Below are positions 18,088 to 29,100 of a DNA stretch of 64,000 bases, in pieces; the stretch's first letter is position 1, and each line of letters opens with the position of its first letter. The stretch comes from an uncultured delta proteobacterium. GTDB lineage: Bacteria > Myxococcota > Kuafuiibacteriia > Kuafuiibacteriales > Kuafuiibacteriaceae. Location of the stretch: NCBI GenBank assembly GCA_963803435.1, contig CAWDML010000001.1:2400001-2464000 (forward strand). Reading direction: 5' to 3'. The notes beneath the pieces were generated by a model. That model was not told the DNA's origin and ran no database searches. It was given only the letters and a program-made list of their open reading frames with translations. Both the position numbers and the translations under genes were made by a program.

Positions 18088-20316
18088 ATGGCGGCCGAGC
18101 CCGCGGGCGATTTCGTCGAGCTCGGCGAGGTGATCGGTGGGTATCGGCTCGAGCGGCTGCTCGGGGCCGGCTCGACCAGCCAGGTCTTCCTCGGAAAACA
18201 CGTGGTGCTCGGCCGCAGGGCCGCCATCAAGGTGCTGGTCCACAAGCTGCTCGGCAACGAGGACGTCATCAGCCGTCTCCTGACCGAGGCCAAGGTGGTC
18301 AACGACATCCGCCACCCGAACCTCATCGACATCAGCGACTTCATCAACACCACGTCGCCCCGTCGCGTCGCGCTGGTGATGGAGTACATCGAGGGGCCGA
18401 GCCTCACGATCTGCCGCGAGCATCCGCTGACCTTCGAGCAGGCGATCGGCGTGATGCTCCAGCTGGTGGCCGCGGTTCGCGCAGCCCACGCCGCCGGCAT
18501 CATCCACCGCGACATCAAGCCCGACAACCTGCTCCTCACGATGGATCCCCGCGAGCATCCCGACGAGGTGCCGACGCTCAAGGTCGTCGACTTCGGGATC
18601 GCGAAGATGGCCCACTCGAACCTGGCGCAGACGGCGGTCGGCACCATGCTGGGAACGCCGGCGTACATGGCACCCGAGCAGATCGCTGGGCGCCCCCGAC
18701 CTTCCGCCGCCACCGATGTGTTCGCCATCGGCGAGGTCCTCTACGAGATCCTGAGCGGAAAGCGGGCCTATCCCGCCGGCACGATCTCGGAGACCGTGCG
18801 GGCGAAGCTCCGGGGCGAGCTCCCCGACCTCAAGCTCTCGCCGATGCCCGGCGACCGGGCGCTGCTCGACCTCGTCAAGCGCTGCCTCTCGTATCGTCCC
18901 GAGGATCGCCCCGGGCTCCAGGAGATCCAGTCGGTGCTGGAGAGCGTGCGGCCGAGCGGCGAGCGGGTGACGACGCTCGAGGACGTCGATCTCGACGCGT
19001 CCGAGGTGGAGACGCGTATGGTCGGCCACCAGCCGGTTCCCCCGGCGGCGACGGAGCTGACTCCGATGCTGGGCGGGCGGATCCCGGCCTGGGACACCGG
19101 CGCGGCCGATGCGACCCCGCTCGACGGCTCGCCGGTGCCGAATCAGACGCGGATCGAGCGACCGCCCGACTTCGACCCGGTCCTGACCGAGGCCAACCCA
19201 ATCCCTCGGCCGCGTCGGTTCCTGAAGGACATCACGAGCCCGACGAACCGCGTGCTTCCGGCGCTCACGGAGATCGCGTCGTTCTCGGATCGTCCGCCCC
19301 GATCCGAGATGCCCAATGCACCGACGATGCCGGGCTCCCTCAATCGGCGGGAGCTGGATCCCGGCCAGGCGCGCGTGGTGCGCGACGAGCAGTCGCTCTC
19401 GATCGGCGAGCTCAGGATCGACAATCTCTCGTCGCGCGCGTCGGACGACGAGGCCTCGGTCCAGATCGAGGACGTCGAGCTCTCGCAGCTCCACGGATCG
19501 CCGCAAGCGGTGCTCTTCGACGAAGAGGATCCGCTCCGCATCGCGCCGCCGCCTCGAACGCGGCCGAGCAGCGAGGAGCTTCCTCCCGTCGACGACCCGG
19601 CGTTCGAGCGCGATTCGCCGATCCACCTGGACGGTGGGCGCGCCCTGCCGGGTCTGGGCCTCGGCCAGCCGGCCGGCCTGGCGACCTTCGATCGCTCCGC
19701 CGAGCTCGACGCGCTCGACGCCGACGACCTCGACGAACCGGACGAGCCCGCGGCGTCGAATGTCCCTCAGCCGCGGAAGCACTCGGACGACGCCGCCACC
19801 ATGCCGCCGCAGAAGGCCCCCGGCGCCGGGCCCCAGGCCTCTGAACGCGCCGACAGCGGGCCCGACGTACCCGACACGCGCATCACCGAGGTACGACCGC
19901 AGCGACGCACCCAGTCGGGCTCCAACGCGTTTTTCTACGTACTGCTCCTGATGATCGGCGCAGGCACCGCCTTCGCGCTCCTGGTCGCGACCGGCCGGAT
20001 CGACTTCTTTGGCCCTGCACCCACCGAACCGAAGGAAGCTCCGAGAGAGGCCCCGATCGAGAAGACGGAGCCGACGGCGGAGGCGAAGCCGGGGTTGTTC
20101 AAGATCTCGAGCGAACCGACCCACGCGGACGTCATGCACGTCTCGGAGGATCCGGACTCCGAGCCGCTGCCGCTGGGCAAGACGCCGCTCGACCTCCAGC
20201 TCGACGGGAGGACCTGGCCGCAGACGCTCAGGATCGTGCTGCCCGAGTACGAGCCGATCGAGGTGGAGGTCACGCCCGAGAACCCCATCGTCACAGTGAC
20301 GCTCCACCACCGGTGA
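18088..20316 (+). CDS. Membrane Ser/Thr protein kinase with long Pro/acidic linker and PEGA domain
   Basis: AAIK, HRDIKPDN, DFG, GTPAYMAPE; TM FFYVLLLMIG; SSEPTHA..LGKTPL. Confidence 0.88.
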   Translation: MAAEPAGDFVELGEVIGGYRLERLLGAGSTSQVFLGKHVVLGRRAAIKVLVHKLLGNEDVISRLLTEAKVVNDIRHPNLIDISDFINTTSPRRVALVMEYIEGPSLTICREHPLTFEQAIGVMLQLVAAVRAAHAAGIIHRDIKPDNLLLTMDPREHPDEVPTLKVVDFGIAKMAHSNLAQTAVGTMLGTPAYMAPEQIAGRPRPSAATDVFAIGEVLYEILSGKRAYPAGTISETVRAKLRGELPDLKLSPMPGDRALLDLVKRCLSYRPEDRPGLQEIQSVLESVRPSGERVTTLEDVDLDASEVETRMVGHQPVPPAATELTPMLGGRIPAWDTGAADATPLDGSPVPNQTRIERPPDFDPVLTEANPIPRPRRFLKDITSPTNRVLPALTEIASFSDRPPRSEMPNAPTMPGSLNRRELDPGQARVVRDEQSLSIGELRIDNLSSRASDDEASVQIEDVELSQLHGSPQAVLFDEEDPLRIAPPPRTRPSSEELPPVDDPAFERDSPIHLDGGRALPGLGLGQPAGLATFDRSAELDALDADDLDEPDEPAASNVPQPRKHSDDAATMPPQKAPGAGPQASERADSGPDVPDTRITEVRPQRRTQSGSNAFFYVLLLMIGAGTAFALLVATGRIDFFGPAPTEPKEAPREAPIEKTEPTAEAKPGLFKISSEPTHADVMHVSEDPDSEPLPLGKTPLDLQLDGRTWPQTLRIVLPEYEPIEVEVTPENPIVTVTLHHR

Positions 20317-20322
20317 CGCGGG

Positions 20323-21174
20323 CTATCTGGGCACGACCCAAGGCTGTGGTTCGGGAAGCACCGGCGTCGTCAACTTGGCTGGAGCGTGCGACCTGAGCTT
20401 GGAGGCCAGCACCTCGACCGTGAAGACGCTCGAAGTGAGCAGCAAGACCGCGATCAGCGCGCCCATCAGCGCAGCGGCCCAGAGCGGAGTGCGCCGCTTC
20501 TTGAGCGAGAGGACGCGCGCGCTGAAGTTGCTCTTGCCGGGCTTGTAGCGCATGCAAGTGGTGTTGACATGCGCCTGCTCCAGCGTCGTCGGCTCGGGAC
20601 CCATCGTCTGCCGGGTCAGGTGCGGCGAAGACGTGACGACCGGAAGCACCAGCGGGTCGGAGGTCTCCGGCAGCATCCGCAGAGCGGTCGGTTCGACGGT
20701 GGGCGAGAAATCGGCGCTGACCTCGCGCAGGTACTCGAGGATCGGGTCTTCGATCTTGGAGGAGAGCGGGAGCGGAGCGAGTGGCGCGGGCTGGTAGAGC
20801 ACCTCCGGCTCGGGGAACAGGTCCATCTCCTCGGGCGGCTCGAGATCCTCGACCGGGAGGAACGGAAGCATCGGCTCGCAGTACGCGTGCACGGTGCGGG
20901 GCTCGACCGCCGACGAGGGACGGGGCGCCGGGAGGACCTGGGGGCTGAGCGTGCCGGGCGACACCATGTCGCCGAGGCAGGTGCCTTCGTCGGAGATCCG
21001 CCCGGTCGGGTCGACCGCCGATAGATACGCCTCGATGTCCGCCCGGGCGGCGAAACGGTTCGCCTGGTCGTTCACGGTCTCGAGCTCGTCCGGCGCCAGG
21101 CCCACGGTTCGGGTCTGGACCCGGGTGGGCGCGATCCCGGCGAAGTCCTCCGGCGGCTGGGGGCGGTGCTCCAT
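20323..21174 (-). CDS. Pro-rich hypothetical protein with one C-terminal TM segment
   Basis: ATG 21174; KKRR followed by LWAAALMGALIAVLLL. Confidence 0.55.
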   Translation of the reverse strand: MEHRPQPPEDFAGIAPTRVQTRTVGLAPDELETVNDQANRFAARADIEAYLSAVDPTGRISDEGTCLGDMVSPGTLSPQVLPAPRPSSAVEPRTVHAYCEPMLPFLPVEDLEPPEEMDLFPEPEVLYQPAPLAPLPLSSKIEDPILEYLREVSADFSPTVEPTALRMLPETSDPLVLPVVTSSPHLTRQTMGPEPTTLEQAHVNTTCMRYKPGKSNFSARVLSLKKRRTPLWAAALMGALIAVLLLTSSVFTVEVLASKLRSHAPAKLTTPVLPEPQPWVVPR

Positions 21175-21190
21175 GGCAAGGGAAGCAAGA

Positions 21191-21205
21191 GCAAGGCGTG
21201 GGCCA
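21191..21205 (-). promoter_or_regulatory. Putative sigma54 promoter
   Basis: Minus strand TGGCCCACGCCTTGC, 16 nt before ATG 21174. Confidence 0.6.
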
Positions 21206-21275
21206 CCCTGGATCCCACGATCCGCCCCGGGCGCGGGCCGGGCCGGCCGCCTGTCGAGATGCAGCTCCTGCAAGT

Positions 21276-21290
21276 GGGCCCAGAGTCTGC
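21276..21290 (+). promoter_or_regulatory. Putative sigma54 promoter
   Basis: GGGCCCAGAGTCTGC (GG-N10-GC), 12 nt before GTG 21303. Confidence 0.45.
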
Positions 21291-21302
21291 TTTGATGGCG
21301 GC

Positions 21303-21959
21303 GTGAAATCCCCAGCTCTTCTGCTGGCCTTGTCGGCGTTGCTGGCCGGCGCCGATCACTTCGACAGCCCGGGCGTGGTGGACGATCCCGCGGTCGATCT
21401 CACCGACGTCTACGCGTGGATGAGCCCCGACGCCACCACGCTCCGGCTCGCGCTCGGGATCCCGGCGCCGAACTTCTCCCCCGGCGTGCAGTACGTCTTT
21501 CACGTGGGCAGCGCCCCGACCTTCGGCGCCGCCGAGTCCACGGTCGCGATCATCTGTGTCTTCGACGCCGACCAGAGCGTCACCTGCTGGGTCGGAGATC
21601 GCGATCGGGTCCGCGGTGATGCACACGGCGAGCGCGGCGTCACCAGCGACAGCGGGAAGGTCCGCGTGTTCACCGGGCTGCGGGAGGACGCGTTCTTCTT
21701 CAATGCGGCCGGCTTCTCGGCGGCGATCTCGGCGGTCAAGCGAGCGGCGCCACAGCTCGACTTCGATCCTGCCGGCTGTCCTGCCCTCGATCCGCCGACT
21801 GCAGGCTTCCTTGCAGGACAGCTCGCCACGGATCCGTTCGGTGGTCCGGCGTCCGATCTGTTCGTCGGCTCGATCGGCATGATCGTGCTCGAGATCGACA
21901 AGTCTCTGGTGACCGAAGGCGGTCCGATCGTCTCGGTGTGGGCGAGCGTCCGCTCGTGA
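21303..21959 (+). CDS. DUF4331-like exported protein (N-terminal half of the domain)
   Basis: Signal peptide then ADHFDSP..DLTDVYAW..VFTGLREDAFFF..IVLEI..VWAS. Confidence 0.75.
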   Translation: MKSPALLLALSALLAGADHFDSPGVVDDPAVDLTDVYAWMSPDATTLRLALGIPAPNFSPGVQYVFHVGSAPTFGAAESTVAIICVFDADQSVTCWVGDRDRVRGDAHGERGVTSDSGKVRVFTGLREDAFFFNAAGFSAAISAVKRAAPQLDFDPAGCPALDPPTAGFLAGQLATDPFGGPASDLFVGSIGMIVLEIDKSLVTEGGPIVSVWASVRS

Positions 21960-21967
21960 GGTGGTCG

Positions 21968-22528
21968 ATGCGAACCGTGATCCTGTCGCTGCTCCTGCTT
22001 GGCGCCTGCAAGACCAAGGCGGTCATCGACGACACCTCGCCGCCGCCGTTGGGGACGCGCATGTTCGATCGCGTGGGCCGGCCGGCGGTGAACAGCGCGC
22101 TGATCGGTGTGGTCAAGCCGCGTGGAGAGAAGAACCTCCTCCAGGAGCAGTACAACACCACGGATACGGAGGGCTGGCCGGCCTTCGCGAGCGAGATCGC
22201 GGCGAACCTGGCGATCTACGACGCGCTCGACGCGGTCTGCGGCAATCAGCTGCTGGCCGGCGCCGACGCCGCGCCCGGTCGTTACGCCGCGCTGGCCGGC
22301 GTGCTCGCCGACGACCGCCTCTTCATCGACACGCGCGCCGGAACCTGCGCGCAGTACCTCGCCGTCGAGCTGGGCGTGAGCGGCGACTGCGGCGGCCGGA
22401 CCCCGGCCTACGACGTCATCGACACCACCTATTCGGCGCTCGCGGTAGGCGCCCCTACCGGCGTCCCCGACGGTGTCGACGCCGACCGGGCCGCGCTCCC
22501 GCCCGACTTCCCGTTCTTCGCGCGTTAG
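21968..22528 (+). CDS. DUF4331-like lipoprotein (C-terminal half of the domain)
   Basis: Lipobox LGAC; DRVGRPAVN..GGRT..DVID..FPF. Confidence 0.7.
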   Translation: MRTVILSLLLLGACKTKAVIDDTSPPPLGTRMFDRVGRPAVNSALIGVVKPRGEKNLLQEQYNTTDTEGWPAFASEIAANLAIYDALDAVCGNQLLAGADAAPGRYAALAGVLADDRLFIDTRAGTCAQYLAVELGVSGDCGGRTPAYDVIDTTYSALAVGAPTGVPDGVDADRAALPPDFPFFAR

Positions 22529-22553
22529 GAGAGCTGACGAGGTCAGCGGTCCG

Positions 22554-23451
22554 CTAGGAGCGTGTAGCGCGTAGCGCTACCGCGAGCCCGGTCCGGGTCC
22601 CGGTCCCGGTCCCGGTCCCGATGGCGATCATGCAGCCCGGCGTGCGTTCATCGACTTGATGAGGCGCCAGAGCCTTCCGTCGTCGCGTGAGCATCTCGAC
22701 AACGCGCTTGAGCTTGGCTCTGGCGGCTTGGACCTTCTGCTCGTTGGCGAGTCGGCGCCTCAAGCAGGTGTGGAGTGAGGCGGCGCTTTCGGTGCCAGAT
22801 TCGTCTGGAATCGATCGTTGGGCGGATCGACTTCGACGCCTGGACTTGATCCCATGGTTTCGTGGCGAAGCAATGTGGACGGCACACCGAGGCCCAACGC
22901 TCAGAGGAACTTCACCGACTCAGACAGCAGGATCATGTTGAAGGATGGAGCGTACCTCCAGGCCTACAATGCCCAAGTTGTCGTAGATGAGCACGCTCAG
23001 GTGATTGTCGCCGAAGGGGTCAGCAACCAGGCACCTGATCAGCAACACCTCGTCCCGATGCTCCCTGATGTGTTCGGCAACTGCGGCGATGCTCCGCGGA
23101 ATCCAACAGCGATGTGGGCATCGATCTGCGAACAGAACCAAGACGCGTCGACTCCGTCCTCATCAGCTTCGGAGCCCACACCTGCCTCGCTCGCTCGCAA
23201 GCCAATGCGAGACAAGTTGCAAACGCGCGACGGCAAGGCGGTCTACCCGGTTCTCGCTACGCTCCTTCTTCAAGGTACGAGCCGAGGGGACGCTCGTCTG
23301 CCTCACCCACAACCTGCTCAAGCTCTACCGATCGAAGCTCGCGACCGTCGCGAGCGTCTGACTCAAGGCAGCCATCTTCAGATCGGGACCCGGACCGGGA
23401 CCGGGACCCGGACCGGGGTCGCGTGAGCGCTTACGCGCTACACGCTCCTAG
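22554..23451. mobile_element. Internally deleted IS1182-family element, copy 2, with both terminal inverted repeats
   Basis: Both ends read CTAGGAGCGTGTAGCGCGTA (20 bp perfect, ~70 bp imperfect IR with GTCCCG repeats); contains four-helix 3' part and transposase 3' fragments. Confidence 0.85.
22875..23361 (+). pseudogene. IS1182-family transposase C-terminal fragments
   Basis: QRNFTDSDSRIM..QAYNAQVVVD..QVIVA; MRDKLQT..GKAVY; RFSLR..KV..E..LVCLTHNLLKL; the expected E-P-V-F-G segment is missing. Confidence 0.8.
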
Positions 23452-24429
23452 AGCGATCCGAACGCCCGCTGCAGCGGGCAGTCCTCGAGCTGGGTGCGCC
23501 GGTCCTCGAGCGGTGGGATGACGCGATCCGAGGTGACGACGTTGTAGACCGGACCGACGAAGTCATCCTCCGCCGTGAACTCGAGATCCGCGGCGGTGCT
23601 GGCCGTATCGATCGAGACAAAGTCCGGCACGGTCCGCACGATGATGGGATACCAAAACGGTGTGTAGCCGGTCTGGGTGATGTCGAATTGGAAGATGTTG
23701 TTAGAGGCGTTGATCAGGCCGTCTCCGTCGAGGTCGAAGCCCTCGTCGAGCTCGGAGAGCAGGTTGGCCTCGTTGATGCGCTGGAACACGTAGAAGGGCG
23801 CGATCGGCATCCGCCGCTGCTCGGGATCGACGGAGATGTCGCTCTGGAACTCGATCCAGTGGACGCGCTGGTTCCGATAGATGGCCCACGTGGGGGCGAC
23901 AGTGCTTCCGTCGGGATCGACCTGGACCCGGACGTCGCGCCGGACCACCGGGCAGGTCACCACGCGCTCGGTCGGCACCGGGACCTCCAGGATTCCGAGC
24001 CGGACCCCGACGTCGATCGCCTCCCGGGAGAAGATGTGCTCGCCTGCGTACCGGTCGGTGATCCGCACCGTGACGACCCGCCACCAGGGTGAGTAGCCGG
24101 TATCGCCGGGGAGGAGGTCGATGATGGGTCGCTCCATCGGCGTGCCATCCTGGTTTGTCAGCACGTAGAGCGGCACGATGAAGTTCTTGGTCGGCGGAGG
24201 TACGCGCCAGTACCAGGTCGCATGACCATTCGCGAAGGCGTGCGCGTACGGGACCTTCGTCGCGAACTGCGCGATCCGGCTGGCGAGCTCCGGGTTGTCT
24301 TCGACGTGCGGGAGCTGGGCCGAGCTGAGGTTCGGGTCGCCCAGGACGCGCGAGGGATCGAATCTCGTCCCCGACCTCGGGTTCGAGGCAACCACCGGCC
24401 AGCGCGGCCATCAGGAGGATCCAGCGCAT
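23448..24429 (-). CDS. Lipoprotein with duplicated (P/N)I(I/F)x..GY(S/T)P.W motif domain; frameshift near 24365
   Basis: MRWILLMAALAGGC lipobox at an ATGA overlap; PIIDLLPGDTGYSPWW and NIFQFDITQTGYTPFW. Confidence 0.65.
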
Positions 24430-24794
24430 CAGTCCTCGCCCTTCCGCTTGCGCCGGCCCTTCTCGGCGGTGATGTCGGCGCTGACCATCTCGATGATCTC
24501 GGAGAAGTTCGCCTCCACCAGGGCTTGAGCGAAGTCGCCGGGCTCCAGCTCGGCGGCCTTCTCCTTGGCGATCTGCAGGTTCTCGGTCCACAGCTGCTTC
24601 ACCTGGTCGTTCAGCGAGGTGTCGAAGCCGACCTCCTCCCGGAGCCGCCGGCGCCAGTCACCCCCGCCGAACAGCTTACCGGAGACGTTCTTGGCCAGTT
24701 GCTCCATCGGACCGGGCAGCTCACCGATGGCGTCGAGGATGTACGACTCGAGCATGAGGAGGAACGGTTTGTCCCGGTACCGTTCGAGATCCAT
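24429..24794 (-). CDS. Hypothetical helical protein
   Basis: MDLERYRDKPFLLMLESYILDAIG; coupled to the downstream gene. Confidence 0.65.
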   Translation of the reverse strand: MDLERYRDKPFLLMLESYILDAIGELPGPMEQLAKNVSGKLFGGGDWRRRLREEVGFDTSLNDQVKQLWTENLQIAKEKAAELEPGDFAQALVEANFSEIIEMVSADITAEKGRRKRKGED

Positions 24795-24879
24795 CGCGAA
24801 CGGAGTGTACTCGAACCCAGCGCACACGAGAACACACTGGATTCTTCGCCTTCCTCAAGGTCGTGATTATGCTCGGGCG

Positions 24880-26130
24880 GTGACCGTTTTCGCGGCCGGG
24901 CTGTCGGCGTTGCTTCTCGCCACCCCCACGTCCCATTTCCTCGCGGTCGGCAGCTTCAAGGAGACGGGGAGCCTCACGCGCGGGGACGGCCTCATCCTGG
25001 CCGCCGCCCTCGAGTGGGAGCTCACGGCCACCGGAGACTTCGACGCGATCGCCGACGCCGAGTCCCAACGCGCCCGGAAAGCGGTCATCGCCAAGACCAA
25101 TCGCCTTCGAACCGATGAGCGTTACTGGATCGAGCTCGGGCACGAGGTCGGCGCGTCTCACCTGTTGCGCGGTGAGGTCTGGGAGTCGCCCCGGATCTGC
25201 TATGCGCGCGCGAAGCTGATCGAGCTCGCGACCGGAAAGGCGAAGGTCACCAGCCCGGAGCCGTACGACTGCAGCGAGCAGGACCTGCGGGCGCTCGCCG
25301 GCGATCTCGCGCAGCAGCTGATCGGAAAGCGCGCCTCGCCCAAGGTGGCGCGCGCGCGGCCCGTGGAGAAGTCGGTCCCGCTCGCGATCACGCTCGTCGG
25401 CGAAGAGGGCACGGTGAACGGACGACCGATCCGCACCGCGCGCAAGGCGGAGCCAACGCCCGTCGAGCGGCCGCCCCCGGCGCCGCCGCCGTCACCGCCG
25501 CCACCGCCGGCGATCATTCCGCCGCCGCCGGTGGCGCCGCTGCCGGTGGTGCCCCCGCCGACCCCGACGCGCTGGCCGGGCTTCACGACCAGCGACCGCT
25601 CGTACTCCGTCTACGATCTCGCGCTCGACGTGCAGCGGCGCGCACCGCTCTTCGGGGGCCTGATCCTCCTGATCCCGGTGCTCGCGATCTTTGCCGGGGC
25701 CATCGCGCTCCCGCTCAAGCGCGACCTCGCCGTTCGGATCGTCGAGACAGGCTTCGGACTCTCGGTGCTCCTGGCCTGCCTGACGATGACCACCATCCTG
25801 TTCTACACGTACGGCATCGACCGCCCGATCCTCGACGACGTCGACATACTGGCGGTGGGCGCGCCCTTCGCGGCGGTGGGGGTCTGGCTCATCGGCGGGC
25901 GTATGCTCGTCACCTACGCCGAGATGAAGCTCTTTCGCCGGGTCTTCTCGGTCATTCTCTACGGGGCGTTCTTCTCGGTGGCGCTGATGATCGCGTCACA
26001 GGTCCACATGCCTGCGATCCTGCTGGCGTTCAGCACGCTGGTCTTCCACGTCGTGATCAGGCTCGCGAATCAGGCCCGCCGGAACCGGCGGGAGCGCCAG
26101 GCCAGCGCCAACGAGATGAGCACCAGCTGA
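24880..26130 (+). CDS. Membrane protein: exported TolB-N/CsgG-like domain, poly-Pro linker, multi-TM C-terminus
   Basis: LG.EVGA.HLL.G..A.LIEL.TG pattern; Pro tract; about 5 hydrophobic segments. Confidence 0.6.
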   Translation: MTVFAAGLSALLLATPTSHFLAVGSFKETGSLTRGDGLILAAALEWELTATGDFDAIADAESQRARKAVIAKTNRLRTDERYWIELGHEVGASHLLRGEVWESPRICYARAKLIELATGKAKVTSPEPYDCSEQDLRALAGDLAQQLIGKRASPKVARARPVEKSVPLAITLVGEEGTVNGRPIRTARKAEPTPVERPPPAPPPSPPPPPAIIPPPPVAPLPVVPPPTPTRWPGFTTSDRSYSVYDLALDVQRRAPLFGGLILLIPVLAIFAGAIALPLKRDLAVRIVETGFGLSVLLACLTMTTILFYTYGIDRPILDDVDILAVGAPFAAVGVWLIGGRMLVTYAEMKLFRRVFSVILYGAFFSVALMIASQVHMPAILLAFSTLVFHVVIRLANQARRNRRERQASANEMSTS

Positions 26131-29100
26131 AGCCACGGACCGGCGCCGCTGCGGGGCTCGGCCTCGGTGCAGCCGCAGGAGCTTCCGCCGCCGGGCTCCA
26201 CCACGCGGATGGAGAGGGGCTGCAACCTGGATTGCATCGCGCCGTCGGTCACCTGCACGGCGAACACCGCGGTCTCGAGCGCGGACGGGGTCCCGCTGAT
26301 CGTCCCCTCCTCGGAGAGCTCGAGTCCGCCGGGGAGCGCGCCGCTGTCGATCGTCCACCGGTAGGGCTCGACGCCCTGTCGTGCGGTCAGCTTCGCGGCA
26401 TAGGGCTCGCCACGGACCGCATCCTGGAGCGTGGTCAGGCTGATCGAGAGCTCACTCGCGTCCCGCACGCGGAGGATGAACAGCGAGGTGTCGAACACGC
26501 CGGTCCCATCCTGGGCGCGCACGAGCATCGGGAAGTCGCCGGTGGACGAGGGCGCGCCGCACAGCGAGCCCGCCGACGAGAGCGTCATCCCGGGAGGTGG
26601 GCCGGAGAGCGCGGTCCAGACGTAGGGTGGGAGCCCGCCGCTCGCGTACAGCTTGATCGTCTCCGGCTGGCAATACTCGGCCCCGAAGGTGGCGTCGGGG
26701 AGCGGCGCCTGCGTGATGGCGACGGTGCGGTCCGGGCTGACCACGTTGAGCGCGACGTCGGCCGTCGCCGCGCTGCCCTCTGCGTCCGTCACCACCACCG
26801 CCAGCGCGTACGCGCCCGCCTGCGTGGGCGTACCGCCGATGCCGCCGGTCGAGGTGGCGGTGAGACCCTCCGGCAGCGCCGAGCGCACCCCGAACGTGTA
26901 CGGCGTGGCGCCGCCCACCGCGACCAGCTCCGTCTGATAGGGCCTCCCCACGATCGCGTACGGGAGCATCCGGGTCACGATCTCGATCGGAACGGTGCCG
27001 CCGCGGACCCGCAGCGCTAGGCCGCGCTCGGCGTGGGCGTTCCCGGCGGACACGCGCACGATGAACGGATAGAGCCCGTCCTCGGTGGCCGTCCCCATGA
27101 TCGTCCCCGCCAGCTGATCGAGCGCGAGCCCTGGCGGAAGCGCACCGGAGGTGACGGTCCAGGTCCGGTTCGCCGCGGGGCCGGAGGCGAAGAGCTGCGC
27201 GGAGTAGGGGGCGCCCAGCACGGCCGCGGGGAGCTGGTCGGTGTACACCGAGAGCGCCGCCGGAAAGACGCGCACCTCAGGGCCGAGCGCGACGTTGTTG
27301 GACTCGTCGGTCTCGAGCAGCTGATCGCCCGGATCCGCGACGAGCCCCAGGCGATAGACGCCGGGCGGCACGGTGGCCGGCAGGTTCACGATGTCGATCG
27401 AGCGGTCGTAGTCCCCGATCTGCAGCTGGGCGCTCAGCGAGGCGATGAGGAGGTCGTCTGCAGGCGCGATCTCGTCGTTGGCGGAGAGATAGTAGCCGTA
27501 GGTGAACGGAGGCGAGTCAGCCACCCCCAGGTTCTGGAGCGTACGCGTCACCGCCAGGTCCTCGCCGGCGGCCACCTCGAGCGGCGCCTCGTCGATCCGT
27601 GCCCACAGGTCCGCGACCGGCAGGAGGATCTGGAGCTGACCGGGGAGGAACGAGATGTTGTCGCCCTCGTCCGACTCGCTGACCGCGGCGTCGACGTCGA
27701 GGATCACGCCCAGCTGGACGTATCGACTCGGCACCGCCTGCGGCGGGAGGTCGATCATGTCGGTGAGGACGCGAGACTGACCCGCGGGGATCGGTCCCGT
27801 CGTCGCCACGAACAGCTCGGTGCCGTCGGGAGGACGAAGGAGGCCGTTGGTCGTGAAGTAGTAGCCGTAGCGGAAGCCGGCCGCGTCGACGACGTCGGTG
27901 TTCGAGACGACGAGCTGGACCGGAAAGGGGATCCCGACGAACGCCTGCGCGCCCGCGGAGAGCGAGGTGACGGCGAGGTTCGGGCCCTCGATGTCGAGGT
28001 CGAAGAAGCTGTCGTCCCAGTTGTTCGTCTCGCTCGGCTCGACGATCTGGTTGGCCGGATCCGCCTCGACGATGAGCTCGTAGCTACCGGGCGGGACCTG
28101 GGCGCCGATGGTGATCGTGGCGGTGACGGCGTTCGTGACGGTCCCGGCAATCGCGATCGTCCCGTCGAGGACGCGAAGGTCGCCCGGATCGGGAGAGGAG
28201 TCCCGCGATAAGGAGATGGCGAACCCCACCGTCCCGAAGAACGGGCTCCCCTCCGCGCTCAGCGTGAACGTGACGTGCACCTGGTCGCCCGGCCTGGCTG
28301 ACGAGGCGTCGAAGTCGACGCCGTAGACGCGGAGGTCGGTGCCGCTGCCGATCCGCTGATCGTCGATGAACACGTTGTTCGCCTCGCTCGCCTCTGCCAC
28401 CTGCGACTGCGGATCGACGACCGCGATCAGGTAGTGACCGGTGGGCGGGAGGGACGCCGGGAACAGCGGCATCCGTGCGTCGGCGACGGCCGCCTGCCCC
28501 GTGAAGCTGACGGTGTACTCGCCGACCATGGTGTCCTGCGGGTCGAAGGCCCGATCGGCGGAGAGGAAGAGTCGATAGGCGACCTGGCCGGTGTACGGCG
28601 CGCCCGACGATCCGACGGTGGTCGTCACCATCATCGGCTGACCGGGCGTCGCCTGCGTGGGGCCGGCGACGTCGTCGATCCGGAGGTCCGGGCCGGACGC
28701 GAAGACCGTCGTGCCCACCCGCGTGTTGTTGAAGTCGTTCACCTCCGGGATCAGGTTGTTCGGATCGGCGATCGCGATCGGGTAGTAGAGCCCCGACGGA
28801 ATGGCCGGCATCGTGAGCGTCGCCGGCAAGGTCTCGCTGGGCAGCCCGGTGAGCGTGATCGACGCGAGGCCGAGCACCGGATCGTTGACGTCGTAGATCG
28901 GATCCGGCGAGGCGACGAACCGCACCTGGAGCGAACCCGAGTACGCCACGCCCGTATTGACGATCGTGACCATGAAGGCGATCGGCTGCCCCGGATTGGC
29001 ACCGCCGGGCGAGACCAGCTGGGAGATGCCGAGCTCGGGTCCGACCGGAAACGCCTGTGCGCCCACGGCCAGGTTGTCGTTCTCGTCGTACTCCACGATC

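Noticed and set aside
26070-26130. 61-bp overlap of convergent genes as a regulatory feature
   Set aside because: Short 3' overlaps are common in stop-poor high-GC genomes; no further evidence
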